Source of the DNA: Octopus sinensis
Lineage: Eukaryota
Assembly: GCF_006345805.1 (NCBI RefSeq)
Contig: NC_043018.1
Location: 8,370,001-8,434,000 of the forward strand
DNA length: 64,000 nt
Direction: 5' to 3'
Shown here: piece after piece, positions 50,707 through 64,000 of the stretch
How positions within the stretch are numbered: the stretch's first letter is position 1
Layout: the number at the start of each line of letters is the position of its first letter
Notes under the pieces: model-generated
What the model was told of the DNA's origin: nothing
The model's input: only the letters and a program-made list of their open reading frames with translations
Database searches by the model: none
Position numbers and translations under genes: made by a program

Positions 50707-52140
50707 CTGAAAATACAAAAAAGAGAAAAACAGGATTAGAAAAGAGAGAAACTGTGCACAAGTTACATTCATATAAAAACCCAAAATGAAATCAGATAAA
50801 TTCTTCAACCCTTTTGTTAACATATTTCTGTTGAGTTGCTCTGTTTCTACTTCAGTTAATTTTAGATATAATGAGGAATTTAGCAAAATAATTTTTTTAT
50901 TATTAAGCTGCTGTTTGAAACAAGTTAACACTGAGTTTTGATGGAAGATTTTAATTTAGAACTTTTGAATCTTTTTGTGCCTTATAATATAACATATTCA
51001 CCGGTAAAATTTCCACTTTTTTTCTTATTTTTATTTTCCTAAAATTTTCGTTGCGTTTTGCAACCTTTTCAATATTATATTATAAGGCACAAAAAGAAAA
51101 TGACTCTCCCAAGACACAATAAAACAAAGTTGTTACCCTTTAGAATTCAAACAGTCCATATCCACCCCAAAGATTTGATCTGTTTTTATGTTCAAACTGA
51201 CCAGATCTGGCTTCTCACACCTATTCCTACAATGCTATTCTAAACATTCACATTATCGAAATCAGGAAGCTATGCGATAATAATGATGATGATGATGATG
51301 ATCTTATTGGATACAGTGCTCAGGTGCACTACATATCATCAGAAAAAGTAACCAAAACTGCGTGAACGGTACATAGAATATGCACAGGTAGAGAACAGTG
51401 AATAAGCTTACAAAAAAAATAAATAAATGGTGGTGAGGGGCATCAGGTGTACTGTTGGTGAATTTCCACGTAAAAAGCACCATCCGAACGTGGCCGATGC
51501 CAGCGCTGCTTTGACTGGCTTCTGTGCCAGTGGCACGTAAAAAGCACCAACCGATCGTGGCCGCTGCCAGCCTCCCCTGGCACGTAAAAAGCACCCACTA
51601 CACTCACAGAGTGGTTGGCGTTAGGAAGGGTATCCAGCTGTAGAAACACTGCCAGATCAGACTGGAGCCTGGTGCAGCCTCCTGGCTTCCCAGACCCCAG
51701 TCAAACCATCCAACCCGTGCTAGTATGGAAAACGGACGTATGATGATGATGATGATGAAAGTTGTGAAGGATATAGTGACCCAACAGCTAACAACTGATG
51801 CAGGTAGTTTATTCCATGCTGAGCATGAAAAAATGTTTCCAAAAGTCATGAGTGCTGTGTTGTTTTTTTGATTTTGTAAGCATGTCTACAAGTGTTAGAC
51901 ATATGGAATTCAAGAAGGTACCCAAAGTTGTTGGGAAGATGGATAATCTTGTGGGTTTCTACCAGATCAGTTGCCTAGACGTTGGAGCTTTAATTTGTCC
52001 ATGCCCAAGGAAGCAACATGTTCAGAGTTTAGTAGAATTTGAAACAATGTGGATAAAATACAGTTCACAGGTTAATCAGAATGTTGAAGGATTAAACAAA
52101 GGAAAAGGTAACACTGGTCATTAACGAAGTAGTTTCTTAC

Positions 52141-52280
52141 CTGTTCACCTGTACCCAACATTACCTGCTGGGGGATAAGGTAGGTCTTGCTGACAATATC
52201 TGCCAAGGGTCCATTCAGATCAATGTATAAAACACGAAAGTTGGTTCCACCAAGATCAAGAGCCAAAAATTTGCCCCTCT
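52141..52280 (-). CDS. HK: Hexokinase exon, phosphate-1 motif
   Basis: ERGKFLALDLGGTNFRVL...IPQQVMLGTGEQ; 140 nt. Confidence 0.95.
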
Positions 52281-53939
52281 CTACAGAAATATAAGTAAAT
52301 AAACAAATAATTAGATAATTTAAATTCTTTGAAAACGTCTAATACATAAATAATTGTAACAAGATTATATATATATTTTTTTAATATAGAATTTTAAAAA
52401 AACATGCACAGCGGTGGTGCCCCAGCATGGCCGCGGCCTTCGGGCTAAAACATTTTTAAGGATTTAAGGATTTAAGGCATGGCTGTGTGGGCAAGCTGTT
52501 TGCTTCCTAACCACATGGTCCCTAGTTCAATCCCACTGCATAGTAACTTGAGCAAGTGATTTCTACCAAAGCTCTGAGATGACCAGCCTTGTGAGTGGAC
52601 TTGGTGAATGGAAACTGAAAGAAGCCCATCATATATACATATGTGTATGTGTGTGTGTGTGTGACTTGACACTGCATGGTAGTTGTAAATGAGTGTCACT
52701 GCCATACAGGCGGCATCATTCCTTTCCAGTTTTCTGTAAAAACATGTCTGACCAAGGGGAAATATCAACTAACTTGGAAACATATGGTGTGGCAATAGGA
52801 AGGGCATCTGGTCCTATAAAATCTGCCTCAACGAATTTTGTTTCACCCATGCAAACATGTAAAAAGTAGAGGTAAAAACAATGATGATGATGGCAGTGAT
52901 GGTGATGGTATCAGGGTTAAGGCGGTGAGCTTTCGTCTGCTGTTATGTTCTGAGTTCAAATTCCACCGAGGTCGACTTTGCCTTTCATCCTTTCGAGGTC
53001 GATAAATTAAGTACCAGTTACGCACTGGGGTCGATGTAATCGACTTAATACCTATGTCTGTCCTTGTTTGTCCCCTCTATGTTTAGCCCCTTGTGGGTAA
53101 TAAAGAAATAGGTATTAGGGACATAGACCTTAGCCACACATTAGTATAATGTATATGGTTCCAAGACTTTACAAGACTGTATTGGTAACAACTGGGACAC
53201 TTTTAGTTTGAAGGGGTTTTTAAAAAAAATTAAATGCAATCATCACCATCATTTAACATCTATTTTTCCAGGCTTGCCAGGTAAAAATGGATATTTTAGA
53301 AAACAATAGAATAGATAATAAATTAGTTAGTAGCCTAGAAAAAGCACATAGAAAGGGGACAGCAACTGATGTGCAAGCAACGAGTATGGCACTTGACCGT
53401 TTCTTAAATGTGAAACAGGAAGGCTGTCATCATCATCATTGTTCGACCGTGGTCAAGATAATGGAATGTACTATGTTACGCCAGACTTCACGGTCCATCA
53501 TAGCATTATGGAGGTCCTGTTGCTGGATGCCTGTATCCCTGAAGATTACATCAGGGTAGGAGAGTGTGCACCCTCTGGTATCATGAGCAGATGGCTTCCA
53601 GAGGAGAAGAGTAGAAATTACTTCGTTTTCAGCTCTACAACAATGTCGAGCAAACTGGACTCTCCTACCTTTCACAAGAGATGATACAGGTGGTAGTTTC
53701 CCATATATTTGTACTTTGGTTGGATGACGCTTCCACGAAGGCTGTATTGTCTGAACTAGGGTGTGCGTGCTGAAGCATGAAGGCTCAAAAGCCATTGGTT
53801 AGGCCTGGGTAGCGAAGGCAAAGCACAGCAACAAATCTAGAATCCAGTCTGTGACAGACTGTAGCGGCCATGTGTTCCCTAATTCCAAACAGACATGATG
53901 TTTTGGCAGCGGCTCACCAGCCTCTTTTTGAGGAGTGGC

Positions 53940-54945
53940 ATACTTGAAACAGGGGGACTTTGAGACCTATTTTGATGGTATGCTGTACCTATTGGACAAG
54001 GAGATTTAGTGTTCCTAGAAGTCAATTCCAGTGGAGGAAGTGGCAGGTGTACTGAGCGGCCATGTGGGATGCAAATCCCCAGAATCAGATGGTCTTCCCT
54101 ATGAACTACATTTCCGCATGTCTGACTTGTTTGCTCCAGATTTGGGAGCCGTCTACAGCACCTGGCAACAGACTGGGAGCATTCCCAGTCATGTGAGCCA
54201 AGGAGTGGTGACTCTGCTGAGGAAAGATCTAAACAACAGGAATATAGTTGAAAACTTTAGTCCCATAACTCTGACTCAATACTGGATTAAATAATTTAGC
54301 TAAGGAGTGGCAGTGTGGTAAGTAGCTTGCTTACCAACCACACGGTTCCAGGTTCAATCCCACTGCATGGCACCTTGGGCAAGGATCTTCTACTATAGCT
54401 TCGGGCCAACCAAAGCCTTGTGAGTGAATTTTGTAGATGGAAACTGAAACTGTGTATATATATATATATATGTATGTATGTATGTGTGTGTATATGTTTG
54501 TGTGTCTGTGTTTGTCCCCCCCACCACCATTGCTTGACAACCGAGGCTGGTGTGTTTACATCCTCATAACTTAGCAGTTCAGCAAAAAGAGACCAATAGA
54601 ATAAGTACTAGGCTTACAAAGAATATGTCCTGGGGTCGATTTGCTTGACTAAAGGTAGTGCTCCAGCATGGCTACAGTCAAATGACTGAAACAAGAGTAA
54701 AAGAGTAAGGTGCTTGCCAAGAGGCTTGCACTTGTCAGTAGTGTAGTTGAGGACACACAAACCTGTGCAATCCTCAGTAAGTCTATCCATGACAACCTCC
54801 ACCTAAATTTGATACATTGTAGAACAGGTCAGAAATAGATCTGGCTTTGGAGGGGCACTGGTCAATTTGGATCATTCTAAGGCATTTAACAGAGTGGACC
54901 ATCGCTATCAGGTCGCTGTCCTAAAAGCTGTAGGTTTTGGTCCTC
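53940..54945 (+). mobile_element. Degenerate Tx1/L1 reverse-transcriptase fragment split by a SINE A (54303-54708)
   Basis: KSPESDGLPYE...GVVTLLRK...NFSPITL, then LDHSKAFNRVDH..LKAVGFG. Confidence 0.75.
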
Positions 54946-55025
54946 CTTTCAAAATTGCTGGCCTCGTGTCAAAACTAGAAAGTATTAGAAACGTTTATCA
55001 TATGAGAGAGTGTAACCATAGTTAC

Positions 55026-55188
55026 CTGAACCTTCTGGCAATGCACGGACGTAGGACGGAAACATCTTAATATCAGCAGTGGCATGGGTAGTTTTTCCCA
55101 AACCATTTTTCATCTCCTCCTTCCATAATGCCATCACCTGGTGGTATGTGGCAGATGGCAGCTTGAAACCTTTCACCAAAGATTCAAT
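55026..55188 (-). CDS. HK: Hexokinase exon (first confidently identified)
   Basis: IESLVKGFKL...EMKNGLGKTTHATADIKMFPSYVRALPEGS; 163 nt, phases 0/1. Confidence 0.93.
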
Positions 55189-55407
55189 CTGCAAAAAACA
55201 CAAAGATAAAAAGAGATTTAGAAAGTTAAAAGGAAGGGGACAAGGTGGTATTGTGTTTTAGGTTTTGGCACTTTATTTTTCTTATAAATTTTGTTGGCCT
55301 GGGGCTATAATAGAAGACACTTGGCCAAGGTGGCATGCAGTGAGACTGAACCTGAGACCACATGATTGGGAAGTAAACTTCTTAACCACACAGCTCTGCC
55401 TCCACCT

Positions 55408-55667
55408 TATTATTATTATTATTATTATTATTATCATTATTATTATTATTATTAATATTATTATCATTATTACTATTATTAATATTATTATCATTATTAT
55501 CATTATCACTATTATCATTATTATTATTATTATCATTATTATTATTATCATCATTATCATTATTATTATTATTATCATCATTATCATCATTATCATCATT
55601 ATTATTATTATCATCATTATTATTATTATTATCATTATCATTATTATCATTATCATTATTATTATCA
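55408..55667. repeat. (ATT/ATC)n microsatellite
   Basis: Directly visible; source of the poly-Ile ORFs. Confidence 0.97.
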
Positions 55668-55687
55668 TGTTTTGGCTAAATATATAC

Positions 55688-55741
55688 GAGTTGCATCCAA
55701 GTCTCAACCAGAGACATCAAGGTACCACAAGAATTTTGCAT
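55688..55741 (-). CDS. Candidate hexokinase start-codon exon (exon about 55789-55688)
   Basis: Strong polypyrimidine acceptor at 55790; ATG at 55741 gives MQNSCGTLMSLVETWMQL in phase 0 with the next exon, but the donor CTC|GTATAT is weak. Confidence 0.3.
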
Positions 55742-57865
55742 CTGAAGATGCTAATAAGTGAGGTGCCATTCAGTTGAAAATTCAGATGTCTGTGGGAGAA
55801 AAACAAAACAAAAAAGACAGTAAGATTGCATTTACATGGGGAGGAATTTATGTAGAACATGTAAGGTACCCAGGTAGTGAGCTGGCAGAATCATTAGCAG
55901 CATTCTAACAATTCTAGAAGGCGGCAAGCTGGCAGAAACGTTAGCACACTGGGCGAAATGCTCAGCAGTATTTCGTCTGCCATGATGTTCTACGTTCAAA
56001 TTCCGCCGAGGTCAACTTTGCCTTTCATCCTTTCAGGGTCGATTAAATAAGTACCAGTTATGCACTGGAGTCGATATAATCGACTTAATCCGTTTGTCTG
56101 TCCTTGTTTGTCGTCTCTGTGTTTAGCCCCCTGTGGGCAGTAAAGAAATAGGTATTTCGCCTGCCGTTATGTTCTGAGTTCAAATTCCGCCGAGGTCGAC
56201 TTTGCCTTTAATCCTTTCGGGGTCAATAATAATAATAATAGATGCATGTGCCTAGTGTACCCTTATCAGACGAGTAGTCATGATGGGTATACTGGGCTTC
56301 GTATATTTTACCCCAGTGTCACTTTGATGGCATGCACTGCTCTCTCACTCAATAATAATAATAATTATAATAATAATAATAATAATAATAATATTAATAG
56401 TAATAAAGATATCAGTGGGACCATTAAAGGGGGGAAGATGATAGTTGTGGTGAATGGTAGGGAGCACATCTGAACAAAAACAAGAAAAGAAAGACCAACA
56501 ACTCATATCCTTCAAGAAAACAAGAATTGGGCAACAACAACAACAACAAAAACATGAACTTTCCCTTCCACCCCCCCGCCTGCCACTGCCCCTCCCCCCT
56601 TCTCCAATAGACACCAAATGCCAAACAAATAAGCTTCCATTATAATGGTGGAAGCAAAAATGGAAACTGATGGGGGGGGATGGGGTGTTATTCACGATGT
56701 GGGGGGGGAGATAGTGATGTAATAGTGGTGGTGGTGTTGGTCATAGTGGTGATGTTGGGGAGGGTGAAGAGTTGGTGTTGGTGGTGAGCGGTGGTGGTGG
56801 TAATCGCGATGGTGATTGGTGATGGGTGATGTTGACTGTTGACTGTTGAAGATGGATGCAGTTCATCCTGGGGTGTTGGGGGAGAGACGTTGAGAAACTG
56901 GGTGAAACCCCCTCACACACACAATTTTTGATGTTTGCAACAGATTATAACCGATGATGATGATGGTAATGACGATGGTAGCGATGGTGGTGGTGGTGGT
57001 GGTGGTGATTATAATGATGATGAAGGGGATAATGATAATGATGGGAGGTGGTGGTGGTACCGATGCTGGTGATGGTATTAACAATCATGACAATGATGGT
57101 GATGACAACAAAGATGACCACTATGATGATGATGATGATGATTGTGGTGGTGGTGGTGACAGTGATGACAAGGGAAAACTGGGGGGGGGTAACACATCAA
57201 TAAGTCTTGCTATAAAAAGGAAAACAATGACATGACAGATTTTTTTTTATTTACTCTTTTACTTGTTTCAGTCATTTGACTGTGGCCATGCTGGAGCACC
57301 ACCTTTAATCGAGCAAATCGACTCCAGGACTTATTCTTTGTAAGCCTAGTACTTATTCTATCGGTCTCTTTTGCCGAACCACTAAGTTACAGGGGATGTA
57401 AACACATCCGTCTGTCTGTCCTTGTTTGTCCTCTCTGTGTTTAGCCCCTTGTGGGTAGTAAAGAAATAGGTACACAAGCACCCAGCACACTCTGCTTATT
57501 GGTTGGCATCAGGAAGGGCATCCAGCTGTAGAAACCATGCCACAATAGACAGTTGGTGTCCGGACAGCTCTCAGCTGGCCAGCTCCGGTCAAACCATCTG
57601 ACCCATGCCAGCATGGAGAGCGGACGTTAAATGATGATAATGAAACAGACAAACCCCAATCGGGTGTGATTTGATAAAGACTTGGCTGCTATGTCAAGCA
57701 TTACAAGCAACTACGTAGAAGCTTCCTACGAGATGGTGGTGAGTCGTAACCGAGAGAAACCGAGAAACCGCATTAATTCACCCGACTGTTTACTTCTGAC
57801 CTTTGACTTGGAAATGTCACCACGAAAAACAAAAAATAAGAAAAAAAACTAACATCATTTCGTTA

Positions 57866-58075
57866 CCACCACCGCCACCACCACCATCACCACCACCACC
57901 ACCACCACCACCACAACCACCACCATCACAACCACCACCACCACAACCACCACCATCACCACCACAACCAACACCATCACCACCACCATCACCATCATCA
58001 CCACCACCACCACCATCACCATCATCACCACCACCACCACCATAACCACAACCACCACCACCATCACCGCCGCCA
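57866..58075. repeat. (CCA/TCA)n microsatellite
   Basis: Directly visible. Confidence 0.95.
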
Positions 58076-59542
58076 CAGTCCACCTAAACTTGATGATGTT
58101 ATTGTTGTAAACACTACTGTCAAAAGAGGAGTGGTGGGAGACAGCTGAATCTGCAAAGTAAGGAAACGAAATAGCTTTTGGTATTTAAATGGATCTCCTT
58201 TATGCCCCGAGTTCAAAATCACGTCAAACCTGATTTTGTTTTCGCCCTCCTTGGAGAGGAATAGAGTTAATAATATTCACTGTTTCTGCTCCCCTAAAAC
58301 GTGTGATCTTGTACCGAAGTTAGACATCATTATTACCAGAAAGAGAAAAGCAGTGAGTGGGCAGGATTTGTTAACAATGCCAGAGAAAATGCTTAGAATT
58401 AAGTAATTTTTCCAGCTTTTTGCATTCTGACTTGAAATGCCACAAAGGTTGACTTCGCTTTCCATCCTCTCGGGGTTGATAAAATAAAGTACAAGTACTG
58501 GTGAGGGCAGGAGAGTCAATGTAATTGACTTTCGCCCTTCCCCTCAAAATTTGCTGCCCTTGTGTCAAAATTAGAGAGAATTATTATCAGCAAAGGGAAT
58601 GGCAGTAAATTGCCAGACTCAATAAAGAGAAACTCAAAACAAAACACCTTTTGGTATTTAGTTGTGATCATTTGTGTTCTGAGTTCAAATCCTGCTTGGC
58701 TTGGTCCTGTGTTTCAACTTTCCAGAGGTTAATAAAATAAAGTACCAGTTAAGTATTGGGATGAATCTGCTATCCTTTCAGAGTCGATAAATAAAGTACC
58801 AGTTTCACACTGGGGTCGATGTAATCAACTTAATCCCTTTGTCTGTCCTTGTTTGTCCCCTCTGTGTTTAGCCCCTTGTGGGCAATAAAGAAATATATAT
58901 TTTGTTAGAGAAGATTTCAAGAGAGGCAGAAAGCAGCAATGAAGCAACTTTTCTGTCTTAAACTGCATTTGGTAGCAGAGCCCTAGTTAAGAAGTTCCAG
59001 GGTTTTGAAGACTGTGGAACCACCTCTTAATCACTATTGTTCCTGGGTTTACTCTGACCCTGAGAAGTAGCACCTGTCAGGGTCCCAGCTACGGGTTAAC
59101 TAGCCTGTGAATCACATGAAGTGAAGGACCCCTAGTTCTCGTTACAACTTCTTTCTAGAAGGTAAACTCATATATTATAAAAAACCTGAAGTGCAGGCAG
59201 TTTCTGGTCATCTCAACCTTTGTTGTGCCATTGGTTCTATGACTGATTATTCTGCAAAGTAGGGTCAGTGCTGTGAAATACTTTATTTGTTCCAAACAAA
59301 TTCATGCACAGAAACTTCCTGGACTCATGGAACATTTACATGGACTTATGAAATTTAGGAAGTGATCTTATTCACAGATTGACTTCCACTATCATCAGCA
59401 TTTAATTTCCATTTTCTGTGCTGGTTTGATAGGATCTGGTGAGCAGCAGAGCTGCACCAAGTTCCAATGTCTGCTTTAGTCATCTACTTTTATTTAGCAA
59501 ACTACCTAAATGATTCTAGACCAAATCAATCCACTTAACTTA

Positions 59543-60057
59543 TCTATATCTATAAAAGGCAGGATGCGTGTGTGTGTGTGTGTACATAAATGTACTTTAT
59601 GCACATCCACAAACTAGCACGCACATCGCTCCAATTTTAGGAGGACATTGGTCACGACCATGGCTGTGCTTTTATCAACTTATTTTTCCCAAGGCACCCC
59701 CGGATAGTGGTAAAAATAGCTTTTCAACCATAACTTTTACCAACTTCCACATTGGTGAAATCCATAAGTTTGCTAACATGAGTCAAGTCCCTTGTTTTAT
59801 AGATTAATTCACCATACTCCAATGCCTCCGAAAAAAATTAGATTTGGACTACCTGAGCAATCTCAGCTGAAGAGACTGACTATCAGCGGACCCATTAGTA
59901 AAATATTATAACTTTTTGGGCCAAAACTCGGCAATAAGAGCTTTCGGATATTCCGCTACAAGACATTCAATAATATCGAAGCAGTAACTTTCGTAAACCA
60001 GGATATAATTTTTGAAAATTCTTTCTGAATCCAGTCAATGACGGGTATTTCTGCTAG
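59543..60057 (+). mobile_element. Non-autonomous Helitron, second family
   Basis: A|TCTATATCTATAAAAGGCAG start, internal (TG)n, subterminal hairpin (gtc-aat-gac core) then CTGCTAG|T. Confidence 0.7.
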
Positions 60058-60253
60058 TCATTGATAAATCCTTAAACAATAATCATTATTATTACCAACA
60101 ATTATTTTTTCAACAGTAAAAAAAGAAAAAACACAAAAAGACAAGTGTAATGTTGTACTTAGTTATTAACTCTTACATTTTCAGTTCAAATCATTTTTAC
60201 TAATGTTATCAAATGATAAGAAAAAGTATTTGCTTTGAACTGTAGATAGTCAG

Positions 60254-60288
<35 letters not shown>

Positions 60289-62060
60289 CACGGGCATCCT
60301 CCATCCGATTGGGCTCAAATTTGATATGTAGATACCAACGGTATCAGGGTGTGTATAAGTCTTGAAAAAATTACAAAAATCGATTGCAGGTGAGAATGCG
60401 ATCAATAAAGTCGTTTTTGTCCTGGTTTTCTTCCGTCAACCTGTACATAATTGCACCTTCCATTTTTTGTTGTTTTTGTTCTGCTTAAAAGCACGTTTCT
60501 TTCCTGCCAAGCTTACTGTTTAAACCATGTTTGTGTTCTCCCAGTCAACAACCTTATTATTACTGGTACTTTAAACTCTTCGGTTGCATATTTGTGTGAA
60601 TAAAATCGTTTTTCTTTGGAATAGAAAAAATTTCTATCTTTATATCTTCTTTTGCTGGTGTCTCAAATTTAGGTTAAATCAGTGTTTCTCAAAGGGGAGG
60701 CCTATGGGACGGTCAGACAAGTTGTTTTGAGAAAATTTGGTTTAAATGTTTGACAACTCAGCACTGTCCATAGGACGGGGGTGGGGTGGGGTGCACGTTT
60801 TGCTCGTATATATATATATATATATATACTTTTATTTTTATATATATATATACATACTTTTATTTTTAAAAGAAGAATGATGACATAGATGGATTTGATC
60901 TCTACTGCACAGTACCTCAGCCAAATTGGTTTCTAGTATAGACTCAGGCTAACCATATCCACATAAAGTAAATTTGCAAGACGAAAAAAGGATACTGTGC
61001 AGAAGTCTTTCAGGCTGACAGGTTGATAGATTTAATCTGTTGTCTGGTCTAATTTAACCCCCACCTGGCACTTGGATACCTTTATCAGAGTTAACTCTTT
61101 TGGAAGCATTTGGTTTGAAGATAACTTCCTCAATCCCACTGACACGTAAGTTCCGTTGGCCCTGCAAAGAGGTCGATGGTGCTGCCCTACCTCAAATGAC
61201 TAACGCATAAAAATAAATATTTACGTTTGACACAACACCAGAATAGCTTATCAATGCCCAAAAGCAGAATTAGAAGGCCTTATCATCACTGCACAAGACT
61301 ATAGCGTGCCTCTTTAGAAGCTCTGACAAAAATATAAACAATCAAGGTAAAAGATAAGATAATAACTGTGATTATAACAAATAAAAATCACAATGTTTGA
61401 GAAAAGTTTGTTGTGGTCTGTGGCGGCAAAAATTATTTGACAATCCTGTTTTTTGGAACAGTGAATCTTGAAGCAGATAAAGCTATGAATAATGGCACGT
61501 AAATATTGGATTAAAAACACTTTGTATAGAAAAAGTAAACGGCTCCTATGGGGTTTGAAGTAACATCTGAAAGCACAATAAGGGTTCCTCGGGGTTTTAG
61601 TAAAATTTTCAAATTTTGATAATTGAAGTTGCTTTTGTTGTTGTTGTTTAGCTGTAGATCGACCTGGTTAAAGTAGGCCTATGATCTAAGGTGTTCCAGC
61701 TGTGACCATCCCAATGAGATAATGTAAGAAGGAAACACAATATCACTTAGCCAACGTGTTCTTATATAAGACAGCTGGGTGTGATTTGAAGGAAATTGGG
61801 CTGTTATTTCTAGCAGCATGAATGATCATGTGGAAATGTCTGTTCTGCTTCAGTGTGTGTGTGTGTGTGTGTGCATGCACGTGTGTGTGTGCATGTGCAT
61901 GTGTGTGCGTGTGTGAATGTCTGTCTGTCTGATGATGAGAGACTGCGACAAGTGTTGAAAGAACAAGACTCATCCGATCCATGCCTTCATGGAAAGACAG
62001 TGATGACGACGATGATGACAATAATGATTTCCTACAATGGTACAAGACCATACAACTTAA

Positions 62061-62500
62061 GCTACTTCCTTGGGCACAGATACATTGAAACTCCGACGTC
62101 TGGCAGCTGACTTGGCAGACACCCATAAAATTATCAACCATCTTACAAACAATAACTCTGAGCACCTTTTCAAACTCCACCCGTCTAACACCCGTGGACA
62201 TATTTACAAAGTCAGAAAACAGCACAGCTCCCATGACTTTAGGAAACATTTTTTCACGCTGAGAGTTGCTGAAGCATGGAACAAACTGCCGGCATCAGTT
62301 GTTAGTTTTCGGAGCACTGCATCCTTCAAAACTTCCATGCTTCCTGTGATTCGCCAACACTACACACACAAGCATATATCTGACTCATACATTGTTCACT
62401 TCCCAGACATTTGTACATTACTGCATATGCTTTATATGCACTTTTGGCAAGTTGTGGTGCACCTGAGCACTGCATACAATAATTTCATTATTATTATAAC
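62061..62500 (+). mobile_element. CR1/Jockey-group LINE 3' end
   Basis: Uninterrupted DTLKLRRLAADL...LRVAEAWNKLP..FKTSM with (ATT)n tail. Confidence 0.9.
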
Positions 62501-64000
62501 ACACTTGCCCAAAGTAGAACTGAACTTGAAACCAAATGGTTGTGAAGCAAACCTCTTAATCACACAGCCATGGCTGCATATACGTGTGTGTGTGTGTCTG
62601 TGTGTGTGTCTGTGTAGTTTAGCTTGTCTTGCTATGTTAAGTAGCTACCTGACTTAGAGATAAGAATCTTGTAAAGATAAAAATAGCACTGTTAAAATAA
62701 AAATAAAATACGAGGCAAAAATAGAATCAAATGTCTAATTTGAGAGAAAATGCAAAAGGGATTGACAGGCGCTCTGTTAATTAATCAGTAACATGGCTAA
62801 TTGGTAAGTGATAGGCATGTTATCCAGATCTTGTTAGTGGGTTGGGTCTTTGGAGTTTCTTTTTGTTTCATTCTTTTACTTGTTTCACTCATTAGACTGC
62901 GGCCATGCTGGGGCACCTCCTTGAAAGATTTTAGTCGAATGGATTGACCCCAGTAGTAATATTTTCTTTCTGAATCTGGTACTTATTCTATCAGTCGCTT
63001 TTGCTGAACCACTAAGCTACAGGGTCGTAAACAAACCAACACCAGTTGTCGCGGTTGTCAAATGATGGGGACAAAGACATCAGCCCACCGCCGGCACGTA
63101 AAAAGCACTATCTGAATGTGATCAATGCCAGGCCCACCTGACTGGTTCCTGTGCCAGTGGCATGTAAACAGCACCTCTTGGAGTGGCTGACGTTAGGAAG
63201 AGCATCCAGCTGTAGAAACTTTGCCAGATCAGATTGGCACCTGGTGCAGCTGCTGGCTTTCCAAACCTCAGTCAACTGTCCAACCCATGCCAGCATAGAA
63301 AACGGACATTAAACGATGATGATGGTGATGATATATATATATATATACTCTTTTTACTCTGTTTTACTCTTTTACTTGTTTCAGTCATTTGACTGCGGTC
63401 ATGCGGGAGCACCGCCTTTACTCGATCAAATCGACACCGGGACTTATTCTTTGTAAGCCCAGTACTTATTCTATCGGTCTCTTTTGCCGAACCGCTAAGT
63501 GGCGGGGACGTTAACACACCAGCATCGGTTGTCAAACAATGTTAGAGGGACAAACACAGACACACAAACATATACACACACATACATATATATATATACA
63601 TATATACGACAGGCTTCTTTCAGTTTCCGTCAACCAAATCCACTCACAGGGCTTTGGTCGGCCCAAGGCTATAGCAGAAAACACTTGCCCAAGATGCCAC
63701 GCAGTGGGACTGAACCCGGTACCATGTGGTTGGTAGGCAAGCTACTTACCACACAGCCACTCCTGCGCCTATATATGCTGAACTTCTTTCAGTTTCCCTC
63801 TCCCAAACTCACTCATATGGAGGTGTATATACTCGTAGTCAGGGTAACCTTTTTTTTTGAGAAGTGGAGGGCATGGGGCATGGCTCATCACGAAGCAGGT
63901 AGCATAACTAAATTTTCCATTGGTGTGTGCCAATCAGAAAGTGTTGCGGGCCTCAGTTTGCTCACGGCTGCTCTAACTGGTTCACTACAACAGCAGCAAG

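Noticed and set aside
55265-55777. Poly-Ile ORFs on both strands
   Set aside because: Translation of an (ATT/ATC)n microsatellite.
57803-58083. Proline-rich extensin/formin-like ORF
   Set aside because: (CCA)n microsatellite.
62070-62657. 195-aa host gene
   Set aside because: CR1-type ORF2 tail reading through into SINE and microsatellite sequence.

Overview
AT-rich, repeat-dense animal genomic DNA. The SINE/LINE/MITE repertoire and (CAT)n/(AAT)n/(TA)n tails point to an octopus (coleoid cephalopod); this is an inference. Two spliced protein-coding genes can be rebuilt by hand, arranged tail-to-tail. (1) BRF2 (TFIIIB 50-kDa subunit), + strand, two coding exons 8932-9096 and 11768-12745, 380 aa. 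(2) A single-domain hexokinase, - strand, ten frame-consistent GT-AG coding exons from 55188 to 25236 (465 aa), start exon uncertain. The rest is mostly transposon-derived: three SINE families, CR1/RTE/Tx1/R4/HERO/Penelope fragments, Helitrons, mariner- and piggyBac-like MITEs, a MITE carrying telomere-like repeats, and micro/minisatellites. Most short ORFs in the track are repeat artefacts. I find no convincing wholly new biological system. The best leads are: Ile in place of the BRF2 redox-sensor cysteine (LPPC->LPPI), a minimal type-I hammerhead ribozyme at 18-65 plus variant cores elsewhere, a MITE-mediated 1751-bp tandem duplication next to the BRF2 promoter, and an NDT->NDA change beside the hexokinase catalytic Asp.
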